Shown here: piece by piece, positions 25,801 to 34,800 of the stretch | Position numbering within the stretch: position 1 is the first letter of the stretch | Layout of the letters: every line of letters begins with the position of its first letter | DNA from: Gracilinanus agilis | Taxonomy: Eukaryota | NCBI RefSeq assembly: GCF_016433145.1 | Contig: NC_058134.1 | Location: forward strand, 308,312,621 to 308,370,141 | Direction: 5' to 3' | DNA: 57,521 nt | Notes under the pieces: generated by a model | What the model saw: the letters and a program-made list of their open reading frames with translations, nothing else | Database searches by the model: none | What the model was told of the DNA's origin: nothing | Made by a program: the position numbers and the translations under genes

Positions 25801-28800
25801 TGCTTCGCAAGTTTAAAAAACTATAAATGCTGTTGTTAGTCTTTTCCTGTTGCGTTTCTGCTGCAGGAGGTGGGAGCGGGCCCCTTGGTCTATCTCACAT
25901 CATGAGGCCATTGGATCTTGAGTTGGAAAGAGCCCGAGCCATGATCTACGCCAGGGGGTCTTCACCTTTTTTAGTATTCTGGACCCTTCGGGGCAGCCTA
26001 TGGACCCCTGGGGAATAATGATTTTAAATGCATCAAATAAGCTGTAGAATTAGAAAGGATACCAGGTCTATCAAAATTCTGATAAAGTTCCCGGACCCAG
26101 GTTAACTCCAGTCTAGTCCAGCTCCCTCCTCACCAAGATAAAAGGCTGACCTCTTCGGAGGTTAAGCATCTTAGCCAAGATCACCTCAGCAGAATTCAAA
26201 CCTGGGTCCGTTCTGCCTTGAATCTAGTGTTCTCTCCCATCAAGAACCGTGAAATGGGAAGATTGGTCAGAAGACTGATTGCCATCTGGCCAGGCAAAGA
26301 GGACAGGGATGCAGCCCTTTAGGGAGGCCTTCCTTCCTAGCAAGCCCGTGGCATTGGAATCGGTCTTTCCACCTGGATCCAAGTGCTTATTCTCATTAGC
26401 GTCCGGGGTGTAATGGGAATTGTGGCAGCGGCCCGAGAGAGACCTTCAGTGAGCCTTTGGGGAGAACAGAAGAGGACCAGCCTGGAGCATTGCAGGCGTC
26501 TGAGCTTAGAAAACCCCAGAATCCATGGACTGGCAGCTAGGACGCCAGGGTTCTAGTCCCACCCTGCGCCCGACTGCGGGACCTTGATACAGCCGGTCCC
26601 CTCCACCCTCAGGACCTCGGCTCATTCTGCTGTGAAATAAGAGGCTTGACTAGATCGGTGACTCCCAACGGGGGACCGCAGAGTCATTTTGTCCTTGGGC
26701 GTCATGATGTCTGAACTGGCAGATGCTACGGGGGACGTGAGGTCTACAGACTTTTTAATTTTCTAAGTGGACTCCTCATCCTTGAGAGGGCCGCAAATGC
26801 CTAGCTTGGATGGTTTCCGTTTCTAATGTCATTCGGAGGTTCTGGCCCCCCAATTTCTCAGCCACCTCATTGTGTCAGGATAGCCTGGCCCTTTCCCCGA
26901 GGGCCACCATCAGGGCCGTCTCGCAGGCTGACCTGACCTCCACAGAAGGGTCCTCTGGGCTGAGTAAGCTATTGAGAGAGGCAGAGGAGCACCGGCCATC
27001 ACACCCCAGCCACGGGGAGCAGGCGCTGTCTGGTTCCTACCAGCAAGTAGCCAACATCCCAGTTTTTGAGCCCCCCAGCGGTGGTGCCCTGCTGGATGTT
27101 TTAGAGTGCCAGGGATCCTGTCGTCCAGCCAAAAGAGGTCAGCGCTTCCTAGTCATGTGACCCTGGCACTTGACCCCCATTGGCCAGCCCTCAGTACTCT
27201 TCTGCCTCCAACCCAATCCACAGTATTGATTCTAAGATGGAAGCTAGGGGTTAAAAAAAGAAAAAAGAGGATGTCCATGCAGGCGGAGGTGTGGAGTAAG
27301 TAATAGTATGGTATTTCACCCCATCTGCATGGTGGAGGAAACAGCGACGACCCACATTTGGGCCTGACACCAGCCTTTCTCCCTCCAGAAGAGGAGGACC
27401 TGATGGATGACCATCTTCAGATCTGGGAAAGACTATCGTGGAAGAAGAAAATTACGTTTCCTCGGGGGGCCTGGAGGAAGAACAAAGGCAAATGGATTGA
27501 AGAGCCAGCTAGACGCAGAATTGCCCGCTGGCCACAGGCGCCGTCCCCAGGAGCAGGACACAAGCTGATAGCATCAGGTCCTTCCCTACCCCCACCCCCA
27601 GTTTTACAGAAAGAAGAGGAAGCCAAGGCCTAAGAGCTAGTGACTCACCTCACCTCATATAGGGAAGGGAAATAGAAGAGTCTGGATGTCACCTGGGGCC
27701 TCTGACCCCAAATACAGAGAAGCCGCCTGCAGAGGCCACCTTATTCATTTGCAGGTGGGGAACCTGGGCTCTATACAGAGGTGATAAGTGCCTGTCACTC
27801 TCCCGCTCTGAGACTCTTCAGATGAGAATCGTACCCCATTCACTAACTGACTCTCAGGCTCACTGGGAAGAAAATGCTGGGATCCATTGAGGCCTGGGGC
27901 GGCACATATTGGGGAGAAGTGAGGCACCTTCTAGCCACCGAGGATCGAGAGTGAGAAAGCTGAAGCAAGAAGGCCTTTAAGTCCTCAAGCCAGACCACTT
28001 GCATTTGTGATTATTCAGTCATCTTTATGACCTCATTTGAGGTTTTCTTGGCAGAGATACCGGAGTGGTTTGCCATTTCCTTCTCCAGCCCATTTTACAA
28101 GTGAGGAAACTGAGGCCAACAAGGTTTAATTGACTTGCCCGGGATCATACAACTATTTTATTTTTAAACCCTTAACTTCTGTGTATTGGCTCCTAGGTGG
28201 AAGAGTGGTCAGGGTGGGCAATGGGGGTCAAGTGACTTGCCCAGGGTCACACAGCTGGGAAGTGTCTGAGGCCAGATTTGAACCCAGGACCTCCCATCTC
28301 TAGGCCTGGCTCTCCATCCACTGAGCTACCCAGCTGCCCTCATCATACAACTATTCATTGTTATTTGAACTCGGGTCTTCCTGGCTCTATCCACTGTGCC
28401 ATCTAGCTACCAGACACTTGCAGAGCATATATCTAAATTGAAGCCCAGTGGTTGGAGAGGCTTTTTCGTTTTGAGTTCTCCATCTCAGCATCTCTTCTCT
28501 GGGCCTCTACGTCTCCCCTAAGTATGTCTTTCCCTTCATCTAGTTTGGTCTCTGCAGTAAGCGGGAACCTACTGTCCCCCTTCATTCTGCCTGCATTTCT
28601 ATACAGAATAAGGCCCCATGCTAATAAAAGTAGGCGTTTAGCTGCTATTCCCATTTTGTCAGAGCTTGACGGATCTGAGAAATTCCTCGAATCAGATGAA
28701 ACCCTGTACTTCAAGTGGCTTCTTAGTCTGAAAGCACTGGCTTGTTGTTGGTAGTGGAGGAGGAAACCTGCATTTTATTTTTATTTATTTGTTTGTTTTG

Positions 28801-31800
28801 ATGAAAAAACCCTTGCCTTCTGTTTTAGTATCAATTCTAAGACAGACGAGTGGTAAGGGCGAGATGCTGGAGGTCAAGTGACTTGCCCAGGGTCACACAG
28901 CTGGGAAGTGTCTGAGGCCAGATTTGGACCCTGGACCCCCGTCTCCAGCCCTGGCTCTCAATCCACTGAGCACCTCGCTGCCCTTGATGACTGTTAATTG
29001 GTACAATAAATGGTTCAAATTCTCAGTTGTTGCAGTCCAAGGGTTTTTCAAACTACAGAAACCCAGAACTCTGGGCAATGGAGGACAAAAGCAAAACATG
29101 TTGAAGAGTGAAAAGGGAATTGCCAGAAGCACAAATGATTTTGAGAATTGTAAAAAACTTGACCTTGTGTTAAAAGGGTCCAATGAAATTGTTCATCTTC
29201 TCTTAAGAGCCTTTGTGTATTCTGTTTCCTCCCAGGCCATTTTAGAGGAGAACAAGGAGAAACTTCCTGTAAAGATAAGTCCGCCAGCTTATCCCAAAGA
29301 TCATATATTCAGGTAGGTCATTTCTTCCTCAAATTGCCCAAGAAAGCATCCATCTCCCTTCATTTTTTTTTTAACCCTTACCTTCGGTGTATTGTCTCAT
29401 AGGTGGAAGAGTGGTAAGGGTGGGCAATGGGGGTCAAGTGACTTGCCCAGGGTCACACAGCTGGGAAGTGTCTGAGGCCGGATTTGAACCCAGGACCTCC
29501 TGTCTCTAGGCCTGGTTCTCAATCCACTGAGCTACCCAGCTGCCCCCTCCCTTCGTTTTTTCCTGACATCATCATGTCTTTCCTTTCTAGTCAGGCTTTC
29601 CAAGGGGGAGCAGCTCTTAATTTCCAGGGAGGTTTAAGACAGGGGCAGCAGGAGAAGAATGAGTGGTCTGTACCCAGCCAGGAGGGTTTCCCCGTCTGAT
29701 GTGTTTGTTCCCGCTGGGCCAGGGCTTCTGCGCCAGCCAGGGTTGTGACCCTCCCTCCGAGACAGGTTTCTAAGCGTACGGCATCCAGCACAGGGACTAC
29801 CAAAGGAGCTGGTCGTGTTGAAACAGAAGTAGCAGAATGTTCCCCGGCCCCGGATGCAGACGGGAGGGGAGCAGAGACTGAGTTCTACAGTATTTCCACT
29901 GTTGCCGGCCCCCGGCCGCAGAACGTTTGCACTGGAGGGGACAGCGGCTCGGGCACTCCCTGGCCAGGTTCTCCTAAAATTCAGCCCGCCTCATTTGGGG
30001 CTTCTATGACTGATTCATTTCAGGCACACGGTGTCCTGGGCAGCGGCATCAGCCTGACAGTGTGGCTGGTTAAAGGGGAACAAGGCTGGAACAGGGAGAT
30101 CTCTGTGGGGGACCCAGGGGTGAGGCCTGGCACCTCATTCCATCCTACGAATGGAGAAACTGACCCGGACGGGTCTTCTTAAAGATCACTCAGAAGATCT
30201 CTGGAACGTGCCAGGCCCTGTGCCAAGTGCTGGGGATACAGAGAAAGACGAGACGGCCCCTGCCCTCAACGACCTCCCACTCTACTGGGGGGAGGTCCTA
30301 CCGCAGCTGGGCCCCTCCTTAAATGGAGGGTCTGCGAGGAGCTCGCTCTAGGGACACTGACCACTAGGAAGAGAGGATTGGATTCTGGTTCTGTCTTTGT
30401 TTAAGCACCTCCTTTGGGGGATTTTTCGCTGCCTTGGTGGGAGCTAGAAGAAAGCATTTTGTTAGGGCAGCTGTGTTCAGTGGATAGAGCAACGGCAGGC
30501 CTGGAGCTGGGAAGACCTGGGTTCAAATAGGGCCTCTAACACTTCCTAGCTGTGTGACCCTAGGCAAGTCACTTAACCCCCTTTGCCTAGCCTTTGCTGG
30601 TCTTCTGTCTTAGGATTGATGCAAGAAAGAAATCATTTTGTTGCCGTTCTGTTTGGTGAATGGCACATCCTTGGCACCTGTGAAACTGAATTCATTTAGA
30701 GGCCTCAGAGGCGGCTTTGCAGGTCGCCCACTGAGGCTTGTGAGGGACCTTGGAAGTCTGATCCAGCTGCACGCCTCGCCTGCACCATCCCCAGCGGGCA
30801 TCGGTTCTGCTCGAGGCTAAGATACGGTACCAAAGAGGGAGTCGTCTGTCCTTGTTCAGGGCACCGTTTGTCACCTCTTCCTTCAGTATTCAAGCTTAAA
30901 GGGACAGCCACGGCACGGCACAGGAAGGAGCCGCAAGGCCACGGCGTGCTTTCCTTTGTGGGTCTCGGCGCATGTTTTGGGACTGCGACCTAAAGAAGGA
31001 GGCTGCTGTGGGAGGCGGGCAGGGGAGTGGCGCCTCCGAGCACAGGCTGGTGTGTCCTTGGTTTCTGCACGTTGGGGCACAACCCTAGTTGTGGAACGGG
31101 GCAGACCTGAGCCAAATCCGGGCAGAGAGCGAGCAGCGCTCTCCGCGGGGGAGTTTAGCCAGCTTTTCTGTACCAAAGGAGCAGGCTTGAGAATACCTGA
31201 GAATGTCTCCACGTCAGGGTGGTCCTGGGGAAAAGAAGACCCTCCACCCAACAGGTTCAATCGCGAAGTCAGGGTGTGAGGGGAAAGGAACCGGAGGAGA
31301 GCAAATAGGCATTCGAGGCTCCTCGGCATTTTCTTGGCACCCCCGAATGCTGGAATGAATCCCTCTTCAGGGATGGCGCGTCTAGTTTCATCGATACGGA
31401 TGCCGCAGTCCTGACGATCCTGATTGCAGCCCTTCCGTGCTGTCGTCCATCTCCCTGGTCACCTGCCTGGTCCATTCCGCAGCGTCCTCTGGACGTCTCT
31501 CGCTGGGACGCGGCCGGGAGAGACTTGAGGGCTTCAGACCGTGTTCTTGAAGTCTTGGCTCTGACGGGCCCTCACAAGATGGAGCGGCTTTGAATCGCAG
31601 CCCTGCTGGCAGGTGCTGCTGCTCTGGGTCTGCTGCCTGGACAGCTGGGTTTGGGGGAGCCACAACCCCAGAGGCTGGCCCCGGTCATGCGTGAATTGGG
31701 GGGTCTAACGAGGAGGGAGGCCCCTGCCGGCGAGAGCATGGGGGGGGGAGGGTGTCATACAGATTTCTTGGAAGCCTTGAAGATACTAAAAGAGGGCCGC

Positions 31801-34800
31801 CAGCTTGGTGGAGAGCCTGATGTCAGAGCTCCGCCAAGGCCAGTTACAGGAAATATGGGCAAGAGAAGACCCTTAGATCCTGGAGGGGGCTTTGTCAGAA
31901 AAGAGACTTTCTCTTGGCCCTCAGAGGTCACCGCTAGATCCGGGTCAGAAGTTACTGGAGGCTCTTCTGAAGGCTTGGGACTTTGGGAAAGCCCAAGGGT
32001 GGCCTTGGGATGTAGGGAGCTCCCCATCCCTGTGGGTATGCAAGGTGAGGCAGAAGCCACCTTTGGGAATGTCCTAGAGAAGAGCCAGGGATTGGAGGGG
32101 ACGGCCTCGGCCGCCCCTTCCTGTGGTAGCCTGAGCCCTTGCCTGGCTTCTCTCCCTCCTGGGTGGTCGCTCCCTGGCAGGCGGGCATCCTCGGGAAATT
32201 ATGGAGGTGCGCGCCCCGCCGAGCTCCATCCCTCATTTGGGACGGGTGGCAGCCGGCTGACTCGTTGGCGCCCACATTCAGGCCAGGCTTTGGGGCCTCC
32301 GGGCTGCTGCTCAGTGCAGTCACAGAGCCAGTCCGGGGGCCGCTGGGCCAAGCCCTTGGCGGGCATTCAGAGAAGCCCAGACTGTCCCTGCCTACAGGCC
32401 GCTCCTGGCACCCTGGACAGCGAGAGCCGCTAGAAAGCCCCCGAGGCCCGCAGCCTGGGCCGGGACGGAGGAGGAAACCAGGGCCCAGGCCGAGCGCTTC
32501 GGCCGGGTCACGGCGCCGATGAGTGTCCAAGGCTGCTTTTGAACCCGGCTCTGGGAGCCTGTGGGTGGGGGGTGGCCCAGGGCCCCACGAGCTCCCCCTT
32601 CTGTGTCCTCCTAGGGTTTACACGGACCTCCAGCAGGTGCTCAACAACCTCAGCCATCCCCGGTTTCAGTTCACCACCGTAGAGGCCGAGGCCGACATCC
32701 TGTACAACTTCTCCCATTTCAAAGACTACAGGTAGGACGGGTGGCCTCCCCTCCCGCAGCCCCCCAGCCCTGGTCTTCCCTGGCCCGCGGCGTGGCAGAG
32801 CGGGGCGCCGCCCCCCCAGTGCGAGCCTCAGTTTCCCCCTGCAAGATGGCCATCGTAGGAGTCTGAGTTGGGAGGGGCCGTGAAATGCAGGTGGAGGACT
32901 CGGGTGAGTGCGTGTGTCATCATTGCAGGAAGCTGAGCGAAGAAAGACCTCGCGTGATGCTCAACCAGTTCCCTTGTGAGAGCCTCCTGACGGTCAAGGA
33001 CTGCCTCGCCTCCATCTCCAGGCGCGTGGGGGGGCCTGACGGGCCCCGCTGGCTGCCCAGGACCTTCAACCTCCGCACGGAGCTGCCCCAGTTCATCAGC
33101 TACTTCCAGCAACGAGAAAGGAGGTACTTGTGAGTCGAGGGTGATGCGGGGCTTCCTGCCCCCCCGGATCGGCCTTGGAAGGCTCTGCCAGCCCAGGCCG
33201 TTCCTGAGAAGCGGCGACTGCGGGCGGCCGGGCCGTAGTGGGGAGACCGCCGCCTGCTAAGGACACCCGCGGGAAGCGGGCTTCCCTCAGGGGAGGCCGG
33301 GGGGTCCGGGCCGTCTGAGCGAGAGCTCTCTGTCGCAGGGGAGAAGACAACCACTGGATATGCAAACCCTGGAACTTGGCTCGGAGCCTGGACATCCACG
33401 TCACCCACAGCCTCCACAATATCATCCGGCTGCGCGAGAGCTCCCCAAAGGTCAGGCGCCTTGTCCTGGGGCTCCCCGCCCCGGCACGCATCCTTGGCTC
33501 TAGTCGGCCATTAGGACGGAGGGGGACCCACCGGGCACCTCCGGGCTCGCCGCCCCAGCTCGGCGTGGCTGTGGAGGCCCATTTATGACTCGGTGCGCAC
33601 ACAAGCACGTGGGACTCCCCAAAAGCTGGGCGTTCTCGACCCTCCCCGGCCCTGCTGCCCACGTGGCGCAGAAGTCACTCGGGGAGCCCAGGCACGCTCG
33701 GCTCCGTTCTTGAGGCGTCCCAGGGTGCTCCGCCAGCGAGGTGGCTGTGGGCTTAGGGCAGGAGCCGCTGGGTTAGGCGCTCGGCCCCCACTGCCATGTC
33801 CGCCATGTGAGGAGGCTGGCCCGGGGCCCCGAGCGCACATCACCATTTCCTCAGAGGGGGCTGTGAGCCTCCCGTGCTCGCCACCAGCCTGGCACTAGAA
33901 CACAACCGCGGGGGGAGGGGGGGGAGCTCTAGCCAAGCCTGCCAGGCCGGGGCTCATGCAGGCAGGAGGCTCAGCGCGCTGCCTGTTTTGTCCCCCTCGC
34001 CCCAGGTGGTCTCTAAGTACATCGAGAGCCCCGTCTTGTTCCACCGAGAGGACGTGGGGCTGGTCAAGTTTGACATCCGCTACATCGTGCTGCTGCGCTC
34101 CGTCGAGCCCCTCCGGCTCTACATCTACGACGTGTTCTGGCTGCGATTCTCCAATCGGTAATCAGGGGGCCTGGGAGCCCGGGGAGGCCTGGGGAGGGTC
34201 CGGGGTGGGCCTGGGGAAGGTCTGGGGAGGGCCCGGGAGCCCGGAGAGGGCTTGGGGAGGGCCTGGGAGCCCAGGGAGGCCCAGGGAGGGTCCAGGGTGG
34301 GCCTGGGGAGGGCCTGAGGAGGGTCCAGGGTGGGCCTGGGGAGGGCCTGAGGAGGGTCCGGGGTGGGCCTGGGGAGGACCCGGGAGCCCAGCTAGGCCCT
34401 GGCTGGCCGCCCCCTCGATGTTCTGTGTCTGTCCCAGGCCTTTTGCGCTCAATGACTTGGATGACTATGAAAAGCACTTCACAGTGATGAACTACGACCC
34501 GGATGTGCCTCTGAAGCAGGTGAGGGGGCCGCCGGGCTTAAAACAGGAGTTTGGGGTTTGCTTGCAAGAGAAGAAGGCTGCGGGCACGTGCCTCGCGGAC
34601 GTCTGTGTCCCATGGGAGAGGCTCCCCTCGGCGCCCCAGACACGGACCAGGTGCCGTGGACAAACCGTCCTGCGGTCACTCCCAGCCGTCGTGGTAGCCG
34701 TGGGAGGCCTGGGGCTGGAGGGTGGCCGCTGATGCGGAGGGGAAGGAAGCGCCTCGGAGGATCCGATTAGACCTTGGATTCGGCCGGCCGTGAAGGGGCG

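Noticed and set aside
26700-26720. ATGATG...CTGA resembling C/D snoRNA boxes
   Set aside because: Boxes are adjacent, with no guide region or terminal stem
27330-27633. Protein-looking ORF ([21 protein letters not shown]...) with a good acceptor at 27388 in TTLL12 intron 5
   Set aside because: No ATG start, no matching donor and no family recognised; spliced to exon 5 it stops after four codons. A tBLASTn search would settle it.
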